Under the pieces are notes generated by a model. That model was not told the DNA's origin. It made no database searches and worked only from the letters and a program-made list of their open reading frames with translations. Shown piece after piece: positions 42,885-51,263 of a DNA stretch of 64,000 nucleotides. This stretch comes from Candidatus Levyibacteriota bacterium. GTDB lineage: Bacteria > Patescibacteriota > Microgenomatia > Levybacterales > UBA12049. Position 1 is the first letter of the stretch. Each line of letters starts with the position of its first letter. A program made the translations under genes and the position numbers. The DNA is taken from assembly GCA_016180725.1 (NCBI GenBank), contig JACPAR010000005.1, forward strand, positions 22,654 through 86,653. Direction: 5' to 3'.

Positions 42885-43461
42885 CGAATAAAGCTCCTCG
42901 CCTAATAATTTTCCAAGGGCTTATTGAACAATCAACTACCGTTGATGGCATTTTTATTGTACATTCTCCAAAAAGAACATAATCTGCTAATTTTGTGAAT
43001 TCTGGATTTAGATCTTCAAACGCATATGGCGTTTTTTCTCCATGGAAATTTGCTGATGGCCCAAGAATAGGAACCCCAACTGATCTGATTACATCCCGGG
43101 CAATCGGATGATTAGGAATTCTTACCCCCAAAGTTGACCCCCCACCCCTAACTAAAGCCGGAACTTTATCTGCTTTACAAAGAAGAATAATAGTAAGAGC
43201 TCCTGGCCAAAATGGTTCAATTAATTTATCAATAACTTCTTTAGGGATTGGCTGTAAATAATCCTTTGCCATTTTAACTGTATCAACCAAAACCGGCGTT
43301 GCCTGTGTCCCCGGCCTTTTGCGGATTTTGAATAATCTTTCAACCGCCTTCTCATTATCAATCCTGCACCCAACCCCAAAGGCTGTGTCGGTTGGAAAAA
43401 TCACAATCCCTCCCTGATTTAGAATATTGATAGCTTTTTCAACTTCTGATAAATTATTCAT
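42874..43461 (-). CDS. tsaC: L-threonylcarbamoyladenylate synthase (TsaC/Sua5)
   Basis: FPTDT.FG, K.R, WPGALT, GVRIP, PSAN, PSTVVD. Confidence 0.93.
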   Translation of the reverse strand: MNNLSEVEKAINILNQGGIVIFPTDTAFGVGCRIDNEKAVERLFKIRKRPGTQATPVLVDTVKMAKDYLQPIPKEVIDKLIEPFWPGALTIILLCKADKVPALVRGGGSTLGVRIPNHPIARDVIRSVGVPILGPSANFHGEKTPYAFEDLNPEFTKLADYVLFGECTIKMPSTVVDCSISPWKIIRRGALFVSF

Positions 43462-43948
43462 AATTAATTATGATCCTTCTTTTACTTTCCGAAATGTAAT
43501 CAAAATAAATATCCACTCTTTTTTTAGGCAACAATTTTCCAAGCTTTTCTGCCCATTCAATTGCAACAATTGAATTTTGATCATTAAGTATTTCTCTTAC
43601 TCCTAATCCCTCAAGGTCTTTTTCGCTTTCAATCCTGTATAAATCTATATGATAGAACATTTTTGATTTTTTATTTGCTCGCCTCGCTGCGAAGCGGGTA
43701 TTTTTGATATTTAATTTTTGATTTTTTATATTAATTTTATATGTTCTAACAATAATAAACGTTGGCGAAATAATTCTTCTTTCTATTCCTAATCCCTTTG
43801 CTAAACCCTGAACAAAGGTTGTTTTTCCAGCCCCTAGCTCTCCATGCAAGGCTATAACTTCTCCACCTTTAAGTTTTTTAGCAAACTCTTCTGCTACTTT
43901 TTGCGTTTCCTCAAAATTATGAGTAATAAATGTCTTTTCCTCTGTCAT
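43454..43948 (-). CDS. tsaE: t6A biosynthesis ATPase TsaE
   Basis: GELGAGKTTF, SPTF, HIDLYR, IEWAE. Confidence 0.94.
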   Translation of the reverse strand: MTEEKTFITHNFEETQKVAEEFAKKLKGGEVIALHGELGAGKTTFVQGLAKGLGIERRIISPTFIIVRTYKINIKNQKLNIKNTRFAARRANKKSKMFYHIDLYRIESEKDLEGLGVREILNDQNSIVAIEWAEKLGKLLPKKRVDIYFDYISESKRRIIINYE

Positions 43949-43957
43949 ATTATTGAT

Positions 43958-44008
43958 TGTCATTGCGAGGAGCTTGCCACGGTCGCCTAAGACGACCTCG
44001 CAATGACA
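43958..44008. repeat. REP/RPE-like element with perfect 13-bp terminal inverted repeats
   Basis: TGTCATTGCGAGG ... CCTCGCAATGACA; inner hairpin GGTCG/CGACC. Confidence 0.8.
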
Positions 44009-44030
44009 TAAAGTGCGAAACGATTATTTG

Positions 44031-45026
44031 TTAAATATCTGATGATTCTTCCTGCCTTTCCCTATAAGATTTAAAAGCAAGTATACCACAGGCAATAAGA
44101 AAAATTGAACCTAGCCCAAGTAATATTTTTGAAATATTATTATCTGAGCTGGCAAGTGTTTTTACGATAGGCGTTGGTGACAAATTATCAGTAACCATAG
44201 AGGCTACAGTAGCACTCTCGCCTAATACTGCTGTTGGGTAAGTTTTGTCCACTAAAGAAATTAAAGCCTCTTCATCCGATGTAGGCACCACAGTGTTATT
44301 TGAGTTTGAGGTTGGAGCTTTTGTTGGCGTAGGCGTTACAGTGCGTTTGGAAGTTGGGCTCGGAGTTGGAGTTTTAGTAGGCGTTGGGGTTTTTGTTGGA
44401 GTAGGAACATCTGTTGGCGTGGCAGTTGGCATTGGTGTCGAAGTTAAAGTCGGAACTGGCGATATAGCATTTGCTGTTCCAGGATTTGGTACCGCAGCAA
44501 TAATAGAATTATCTGCTGTTTTTTGCAAAGAGTTTCCGTCTCCATTTGCTCCCTGAGCTGACTGATAAGAAAAATCTCCCCAAAGCGCACCACTTGAACC
44601 GATACGTAGTCCTAAAGAAGCTGAAGTATTATTTAGAGAAATACCAGAACTTTGAATTACTGTTCCAGAATACCCTGAATAATCTGAAAGGAAAGCTGCA
44701 GCATCTTGCGCAATAATTGCAAAACCACCAGAGGGAATAGTCATATTCCCCTGGAAAGCGGTAAGACTAAAGGTATGATTACCTCCATCATAAATTCGCC
44801 ATGATTCTGTACTTGATCCTCCGATTAAAGTAACTTGATCACTTCCTTGATTGTATAACTCAATCCATTCATGATTACTATCACTTCCTGAGAAATCGTA
44901 CATAACCTCATTTATAACAACATCTTGTTCTGCTGCAAAAGCTAAAGAGGAAAAAGAGAAGAAAAGAAGAGTAATAAAAATTACCTCAAACAAAACACTT
45001 CCAAAAACACCTCTAATGGGTGACAT
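44031..45026 (-). CDS. Surface protein with lamin-tail domain, PT-rich linker and C-terminal TM
   Basis: VVINEVMY..EWIELYN; TPTPTK repeats. Confidence 0.82.
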   Translation of the reverse strand: MSPIRGVFGSVLFEVIFITLLFFSFSSLAFAAEQDVVINEVMYDFSGSDSNHEWIELYNQGSDQVTLIGGSSTESWRIYDGGNHTFSLTAFQGNMTIPSGGFAIIAQDAAAFLSDYSGYSGTVIQSSGISLNNTSASLGLRIGSSGALWGDFSYQSAQGANGDGNSLQKTADNSIIAAVPNPGTANAISPVPTLTSTPMPTATPTDVPTPTKTPTPTKTPTPSPTSKRTVTPTPTKAPTSNSNNTVVPTSDEEALISLVDKTYPTAVLGESATVASMVTDNLSPTPIVKTLASSDNNISKILLGLGSIFLIACGILAFKSYRERQEESSDI

Positions 45027-45043
45027 TTTATTATTTTATACTG

Positions 45044-46339
45044 TTACATGGAAACAGTATCAACTTCTACTATACTTCCTAAAGAATAATGATCGGTAAA
45101 AGGAATATTGTGAGCACTTGGCACAAAAGGATCATTCATGGTGTAATTACCATTTGATCCCCCAGTTAAAACAACAAAATGATCGGCAACCGGTCCTCCG
45201 TCATAACTTACCCCTACAATAATTGGATCTGTAATTGTACCAGGCAGTACACCCCAAGAACTTCCAATTCTTGATCTATTAATTGATACGCCATTAACAT
45301 TAATTGAATATTTAAGCATTGCTGTATTTACAGAAAAATTATCTCCGGAAGAATTAGCAATACTGGAAGGCAATATATCTTTATGACCCTTATGACTTGC
45401 AACCATTGCAACCGATGTAATTAAACAACCTACTCTCGCAACACTACAAGGTCCATCGCAGTCGTTTTGGCCATTTATTAAAATATTACCCCACTGACTG
45501 TCTCTTTGATTGTAATAACATCCCCAACCATCGCAAACTGTTTGATTGCTAAGAATTGATGCTCCACCTTGGCTGCTTACAAATCTTGAAAACCCTGCCA
45601 ATTGCGCTCTGGCTTGTGTAAGTAATTTTTGATAAGTTGCCTCATCTCCCTGAGTTTGAGCAAGTAAAGATTTTTTACTTTCTTTTTCTTGATTTAACTC
45701 GCTTGTGTATGATTCAAGCTGCGCTTTTAAGGTTTCTGTTTTTTTCTTTTTATTTTCAAAGATTTCTTTTTGATTTGCATAATCCATTTTTGCCTGCTGC
45801 GTTTCGTAAATTAATTTTTTATCGTTTACCTGTGCAATTCTTAAATAGCTTAGTCTTGAGAAAAAATCAGAGATCCCATTTGAAGCAAAAATTACCTGAA
45901 ACGGCTGCAAACTACCAACTTCGTATGTTGCAACAATTCTATTTAGCACCACTTTTGTAAGCATATCGAGAGATTTTTCTAAATTGCTTATTTTTTTTGT
46001 CGCTGTATTAATATCCTCAACAAGAGAAGCTATTTGCTGCTTTGTTGTATCAATTCTTAATTGCGTCAACTGTATCTGGCTATCCATAACGCCAATTTGA
46101 GAAGCAAGTGTTTTCTCCTGTCCCTGAAGGTTTGAAATCTTACCTTGTAAATCATTAATCTGATTTTGTAAATCCTGCACTTCTTTTGAGTTGTCAGACG
46201 CGGACGTGGGCGCAGGCGTTGGAGTTAAAGTTAGCGTAGGAGTTTGAGCATATGCATTGAACTTATAAAATATTGCAAAAAGAACTAAAAAAATTAGTAA
46301 GCATATATGTGCTGCATTTTTTAATACCTTTAATTTCAT
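45044..46339 (-). CDS. Secreted coiled-coil protein with a C-terminal C39-like cysteine peptidase (PcsB/CwlO-like architecture)
   Basis: Signal peptide, coiled coil; YNQRD..WG, GCLITSVAMV, HFVV, NDP. Confidence 0.78.
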   Translation of the reverse strand: MKLKVLKNAAHICLLIFLVLFAIFYKFNAYAQTPTLTLTPTPAPTSASDNSKEVQDLQNQINDLQGKISNLQGQEKTLASQIGVMDSQIQLTQLRIDTTKQQIASLVEDINTATKKISNLEKSLDMLTKVVLNRIVATYEVGSLQPFQVIFASNGISDFFSRLSYLRIAQVNDKKLIYETQQAKMDYANQKEIFENKKKKTETLKAQLESYTSELNQEKESKKSLLAQTQGDEATYQKLLTQARAQLAGFSRFVSSQGGASILSNQTVCDGWGCYYNQRDSQWGNILINGQNDCDGPCSVARVGCLITSVAMVASHKGHKDILPSSIANSSGDNFSVNTAMLKYSINVNGVSINRSRIGSSWGVLPGTITDPIIVGVSYDGGPVADHFVVLTGGSNGNYTMNDPFVPSAHNIPFTDHYSLGSIVEVDTVSM

Positions 46340-46352
46340 ACATATAAACTAA

Positions 46353-47219
46353 TTATTTAAGATATCGAAGTACAGCCAGAGAGCTTGCAAACATTCCAAG
46401 AAATATTGCAAGTAATAATTCTGTTCCTAAAAGCTCTGCCAAAAGCAAAGGTGATGCAAGCGAAAGAGGAATACCGCGCAAAAACGAAGTTATAATTGGC
46501 AATGAATACCATAATAGTCCGACAGAAAATAACCATCCAAAAAATGCGCCAACAACGCCGTACATCATTCCTTCAAAAAGAAAAGGCCAGCGTATATACC
46601 AATTTGTAGCACCCAAAAGCCGCATGATTTCTATTTCTTCTTTCCTTTGTGAAATCTTAATACCTGTAATAATAACCATAATAAAGATTGCATCAAGTGC
46701 CAAAACAACAATCAGAGCCGTGCCAATTTTCCTTAAAGCCCTTGTCCAATCTGTTAAATTTGTAATAACGTCTTTTGGAAAAACCACTTCTTTAACAAGT
46801 GAAGACTTCTGTAGTGCTTCAGATATACTCGACAGATCATCTATTTTTTCTGTTGATATTTGTAAAGAAGAAGGTAAAATATCTGCGGTCACAAATTCCA
46901 AAAGCAGTGGATCGTCTTTAAATTTTTCTTCATATATTTTAAGTGCTTCCTGTTTTGAAACGAAATGGACTTTTGACACTTTACCTGTATCTATAAGCTG
47001 TTCTTTTAAAGCATCTATACTTTCTTGCTTTGCTTCATTTTTGAAAAATGCAATTACCTGCGGCAATGATTCAAAGTAATTTATGATTTTATCGGAACCA
47101 AAAATAACAAAAGTAAAAATGGATACCACAAAAAAAGTTTGCAGCATAATAAATATTGCTGCAAATGCCTGGTATGGAGAACGCCTTACATGATGCCAGG
47201 TAGTTTTAAGAAACGCCAT
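46353..47219 (-). CDS. ftsX: Cell division permease FtsX
   Basis: FVSKQEAL, RKEEIEIMRLLGAT.WYIRWPF..EG. Confidence 0.92.
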   Translation of the reverse strand: MAFLKTTWHHVRRSPYQAFAAIFIMLQTFFVVSIFTFVIFGSDKIINYFESLPQVIAFFKNEAKQESIDALKEQLIDTGKVSKVHFVSKQEALKIYEEKFKDDPLLLEFVTADILPSSLQISTEKIDDLSSISEALQKSSLVKEVVFPKDVITNLTDWTRALRKIGTALIVVLALDAIFIMVIITGIKISQRKEEIEIMRLLGATNWYIRWPFLFEGMMYGVVGAFFGWLFSVGLLWYSLPIITSFLRGIPLSLASPLLLAELLGTELLLAIFLGMFASSLAVLRYLK

Positions 47220-47889
47220 ACTTACCTTTCTTTTCGTCTCTAATTATTTTCCCTTTGTCAAGCGCAACAACTCTTTTTGTAAGCTTATTAACAACATCAA
47301 CATTATGTGTTGCCATTATTACTGTTGTACCTTTTTCATTAATATCTAAAAGGAGTTTAACAATATCTTTACTGGTTTGAGGATCTAAATTCCCGGTAGG
47401 CTCATCTGCCAATAAAATGTCTGGAGAAAGAATAAGAGCTCTTGCAATTGCTGCTCTTTGCAACTCTCCCCCGGAAAGTTGTATAGGAAATTTATTCCTT
47501 TGCTCTATAATTCCAACTTGAAACAACAAATCTTCCACCTTCTTTTTTGCCTCTAAAGTTTTTTCTCCGGAAAGCTCCAGCGGCAAAATAACATTTTCAA
47601 AAATTGTTCTGTCAAAAAGTAACTTTAAATCCTGAAAAACAACGCCAATTTTTTTTCTAAGATGCGAAATTTTTTGATGGGGTAGTTTTACAACGTCAAA
47701 ATCCCCAACCATGATTGTTCCCTTAGAAGGAAGCATATCTCGAATAAGGAGTCTAAATAGAGTTGTTTTACCAGAGCCGGTATGGCCAACTAAAAAAACA
47801 AATTCCCCTTTTTCCACTGCCAGCGTAACATCAAAAAGACCAGAAGCTCCATTACCGAATGCTTTTGAAACGTTATCGAGCTTTATCAT
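47206..47889 (-). CDS. ftsE: Cell division ATP-binding protein FtsE
   Basis: GHTGSGKTT, GVVFQD, LSGGE, ADEPTGNLDP. Confidence 0.93.
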   Translation of the reverse strand: MIKLDNVSKAFGNGASGLFDVTLAVEKGEFVFLVGHTGSGKTTLFRLLIRDMLPSKGTIMVGDFDVVKLPHQKISHLRKKIGVVFQDLKLLFDRTIFENVILPLELSGEKTLEAKKKVEDLLFQVGIIEQRNKFPIQLSGGELQRAAIARALILSPDILLADEPTGNLDPQTSKDIVKLLLDINEKGTTVIMATHNVDVVNKLTKRVVALDKGKIIRDEKKGKYGVS

Positions 47890-47907
47890 ATTTCGAATAT
47901 ATTTTAA

Positions 47908-48366
47908 CTATTCCAAAACTTCAACTCTTCCTACATCCATAAGCCAACCAGCCTTTTGAGCTTTTTGCGTCTCTCCCCATACCCTAACTTTTTTTCCAAT
48001 GAATTTTGACAAATCAATTACCGAAGAAACTAAGTATACATTCTGGCTATCTCCGCCCGGTCGGACTAAATGATATTGCCCTTCGTCTTCAATACCACCA
48101 TTTTCTAATTTACCTTCTGCCGAATCTTTAAATGTTTTTGTATCATTAGAACCGACAACCATTCCTTTTTGAGCTGCGTTTTCTCCGCCTGTGCTTAGGT
48201 TAATTTGTCCCACCTTTACGCTATTTTTTGACAAAAGATAACCGCTACCAACTCCCAAAAAAGCAACAACTATTAAAAATAGGATAATTTTACGAGAAAA
48301 TAAAGCAGAATTATTAGCTTGGCTAAAATCATGCATTAACGATGTTTCTTCTTGTTTTTTATCCAT
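47908..48366 (-). CDS. Membrane-anchored hypothetical protein (beta-rich C-terminus)
   Basis: One TM; SD AAGGGGGTGA upstream. Confidence 0.7.
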   Translation of the reverse strand: MDKKQEETSLMHDFSQANNSALFSRKIILFLIVVAFLGVGSGYLLSKNSVKVGQINLSTGGENAAQKGMVVGSNDTKTFKDSAEGKLENGGIEDEGQYHLVRPGGDSQNVYLVSSVIDLSKFIGKKVRVWGETQKAQKAGWLMDVGRVEVLE

Positions 48367-48386
48367 TATTTGAAATCACCCCCTTG

Positions 48387-48450
48387 CCCGCCGACCAAGC
48401 GTTCCGTGAATTCCGATTGAATTGGAATCGAACATTAGAGCTTAGACGGG
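48387..48450. other. Structured GC-rich intergenic hairpin element
   Basis: Minus strand nested pairs CCCGTC/GGCGGG, TAAGC/GCTTG, GTTC/GAAC, GATTCC/GGAATT. Confidence 0.5.
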
Positions 48451-48495
48451 TCCTTTTATCTAGTTAAGCATAAATTTATCTTTTTATCAACCCCG

Positions 48496-49503
48496 CTAGG
48501 AGAAAAAGCGTAGCTGCGCTTCTATAAACCCATCTAAATCTCCATTTAAAACAGCATCTGTATTGCTTGTTTCGTAATTTGTACGTAAATCTTTTACCAT
48601 ATGGTATGGGTGCAAAACATAAGAGCGGATTTGATTACCCCAACCTGGAGTTTTATAACCACCCTTTAATTGCGTCTCTTGCTTTTTTCTTTCTTCTTCC
48701 TGCAAAAGCCAAAGTTTTGCCCGCAAAATTTTTAAGGCATTTTCCCGATTTTGGCCCTGGTAGCGCTCTGCTTGTGCAGTAACAACTATACCTGTTGGCT
48801 TATGTTTTAACCGAACTGCTGATGAGACCTTCTGAACATTCTGCCCCCCATGAGAACTTGCCCTGTAAAACTCCCAATCTAAATCATCTTCTTTTATTTC
48901 TATTTCTTTATCTTCAGCAATATCCGGCAATACCTCTACCAAAGCAAAAGATGTTTGTCTTAAATTGTCTGCGTTAAAAGGCGACTGCCTAACTAAACGG
49001 TGCACACCTGCTTCTGACTTTAAAAACCCGTATGCATATTTTCCATCAACGGTTATAGTAACGCTTTTAATTCCCGCTTCCTCACCCGGTATCTCCTCTA
49101 CCGTCTCATACGCCCAATTTTTCTTTTCAAAAAACCGCGTATACATTCTGTAAAGCATTTCTGCCCAATCCATTGCTTCAACTCCTCCCTGACCTGAGTG
49201 GATAGATAAAATTGCCCCTCCTTCATCATACTGTCCTGAAAAAAATAAAAGGTTTTCAAGTTTTGCTAAAAGTTTCTCTGCTTTAGCATATTCACCGGTT
49301 GATACAAGTTCCAAAAGTTTTTCTGCCTCTTCTATTTCTTTTTGTAAATCTGCCAAGCTTTTCATCTTTTGCGCTGCAGCCTGGTGATCTTGCCAAAAAG
49401 ATGGACTCGTAGCCTCTACCTCGATAGAGCGTATCTTTTTTCTTTTGTCCTCTATGTTTATTTTATCTAAAAGTTTTACAACTCGATTTTTTAATTCTTC
49501 CAT
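48496..49503 (-). CDS. prfB: Peptide chain release factor 2 (continuous ORF)
   Basis: GVHRLVRQSPF, GGQ, WGNQIRSYV. Confidence 0.95.
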   Translation of the reverse strand: MEELKNRVVKLLDKINIEDKRKKIRSIEVEATSPSFWQDHQAAAQKMKSLADLQKEIEEAEKLLELVSTGEYAKAEKLLAKLENLLFFSGQYDEGGAILSIHSGQGGVEAMDWAEMLYRMYTRFFEKKNWAYETVEEIPGEEAGIKSVTITVDGKYAYGFLKSEAGVHRLVRQSPFNADNLRQTSFALVEVLPDIAEDKEIEIKEDDLDWEFYRASSHGGQNVQKVSSAVRLKHKPTGIVVTAQAERYQGQNRENALKILRAKLWLLQEEERKKQETQLKGGYKTPGWGNQIRSYVLHPYHMVKDLRTNYETSNTDAVLNGDLDGFIEAQLRFFS

Positions 49504-49521
49504 ATAAATTTTTTAACTATC

Positions 49522-50778
49522 TCAAAGATTCAACAGAAGGAGAATTCCAGCTACACTCATTAGGAGAGTAACAAAAATTCCCAGAATATTAGAAGTTATC
49601 CCGTTTACTCTTTTTCCCATAACCCCCCTGTTGTTTGCAACTATAAGAATAATTATCAACAAAGGCGGTGCAATTATACCATTAATAACCGCCGTGTAAT
49701 ATAAGGTAGAGATTGGGTTTATGCCTATAAAATTTATAAAAAACCCAATAAGTGTTGCAATAGCAATAACGCCGTAAAAACCGGGTGCTTTAAAAAGCTT
49801 TCTATACAAACCTTCTTTCCAGCCAAACGCTTCAGAAACGGCATAGGATGCAGACCCTGCTAATATCGGAACTGCCAAGAGTCCCGTACCAATAATACCT
49901 AAGGCAAAAAGGACAAATGCAAAATCTCCCGCAAAAGGACGAAGCGCAAGCGCTGCTTGAGAGGCAGAATTTATCGTATGTATACCAGCGGGAAACAAAG
50001 TAGCACCCGTTGTTACAATAATAAACCACATAATGAGGTTTGAAAAAAACATTCCTATAACTGTGTCTATTCTTAAACGTGTTATATCTTTTGGAGTAAC
50101 CTTTGGATTACCTGCTCCCATTTGACGCAATTTATGATGCGCTACTTCTTCCTCAACCTCCTCTGATGCCTGCCAGAAAAAAAGATATGGAGAAATTGTT
50201 GTTCCTAATACAGCCACGATATTTATTAGATATGTATTTGTAAATTGTATATTAGGAATAATTGTTGCCCGCAACACATGCACCCAATCGATTTTTATAA
50301 AAAATGCAGCTAAGATATATGAAAATAAAGCAAATGTTAAATATCTTAAATACCTTGAATAATTCTTATACGAAACGAGTATTTCAAGAGTTAAGGTCAA
50401 AAAAACAGTTACAAATAACCAGAAAAAAAATGGCAAACCAAAAATAAGCTCCGCTGATGCAGCCATAGCGCCTAAATCAGCGCCAATATTAATTGTATTA
50501 GCTACAAACAACAATAATACAGTAGGATAAAGAAGCTTTTTAGAATAATGCTGTCTTATAACCCCTGCCAATCCTCTACCCGTAACAAGCCCTATTCTTC
50601 CGCACATTTCCTGCACTACTACCATAAACGGAAAAGAAAACGGAGCCGTCCATGCCTGCTGGAAACCAAAAAGTGCGCCTGTTTGTGAATAAGTTGCAAT
50701 ACCTGATGGATCATCATCAGATGCCCCGGTAATAAAACCCGGCCCCAATGTTTTAAAAAATTTCTTAATTCTATTCAT
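49522..50778 (-). CDS. NRAMP-related divalent metal transporter
   Basis: LGPGFITGASDDDPSGI, GTTISPYLFFWQ. Confidence 0.9.
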   Translation of the reverse strand: MNRIKKFFKTLGPGFITGASDDDPSGIATYSQTGALFGFQQAWTAPFSFPFMVVVQEMCGRIGLVTGRGLAGVIRQHYSKKLLYPTVLLLFVANTINIGADLGAMAASAELIFGLPFFFWLFVTVFLTLTLEILVSYKNYSRYLRYLTFALFSYILAAFFIKIDWVHVLRATIIPNIQFTNTYLINIVAVLGTTISPYLFFWQASEEVEEEVAHHKLRQMGAGNPKVTPKDITRLRIDTVIGMFFSNLIMWFIIVTTGATLFPAGIHTINSASQAALALRPFAGDFAFVLFALGIIGTGLLAVPILAGSASYAVSEAFGWKEGLYRKLFKAPGFYGVIAIATLIGFFINFIGINPISTLYYTAVINGIIAPPLLIIILIVANNRGVMGKRVNGITSNILGIFVTLLMSVAGILLLLNL

Positions 50779-50784
50779 AGGTTG

Positions 50785-51213
50785 CTACAAGCTGCTGCAC
50801 ATTTTCTGGCAAATCTCTTTTGCCTGATCTCTAGGATATTGTTCTAAAGACTGAATGTCTTTAATTACTTTTTGAACCTGCGGAGATGAAGAAGCAATTT
50901 CTACAACGTCAATTTTAGATATTTCCTGCCTTATAAAATCAAGTCTTTTTTGCACCTCGTTTGCCGGAAGAGATAAAACTGATTTTATACCGCTGTTATC
51001 AATTGGGTTTGGCTCTTCTTTCGTACTAGCTCCCTCTACCTGGCTCTTTGGCTGGTTATTGGTAAATTTTAAAGAAACGCTGTTTGCATCTTTACTCAGA
51101 ATAATTTTTTTGGTTGCGTAACCGGCTAATACAATTAAAATAGATGTTACTAGCAGTACTATGAAGATTTTCTTTTTGTCCCAAACTTCTTCACTGGTAT
51201 TTATTTCCTGCAT
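50785..51213 (-). CDS. Membrane-anchored hypothetical protein with C-terminal CxxxC
   Basis: N-terminal TM; SSPQVQK..ICQKMC. Confidence 0.65.
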   Translation of the reverse strand: MQEINTSEEVWDKKKIFIVLLVTSILIVLAGYATKKIILSKDANSVSLKFTNNQPKSQVEGASTKEEPNPIDNSGIKSVLSLPANEVQKRLDFIRQEISKIDVVEIASSSPQVQKVIKDIQSLEQYPRDQAKEICQKMCSSL

Positions 51214-51263
51214 GAGGTTATTGTAGGCAATAACGTAAACTTTTGCAAACTAAAATTAAAAGG

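Noticed and set aside
44320-44460. Tandem repeats in the lamin-tail gene
   Set aside because: Ordinary Pro/Thr linker coding, as also at 1-50, 2900-3050 and 46200-46245
48420-48440. GTTCGATTCC on the minus strand, resembling a tRNA T-loop
   Set aside because: Flanks do not form a T-stem and there is no cloverleaf or acceptor stem
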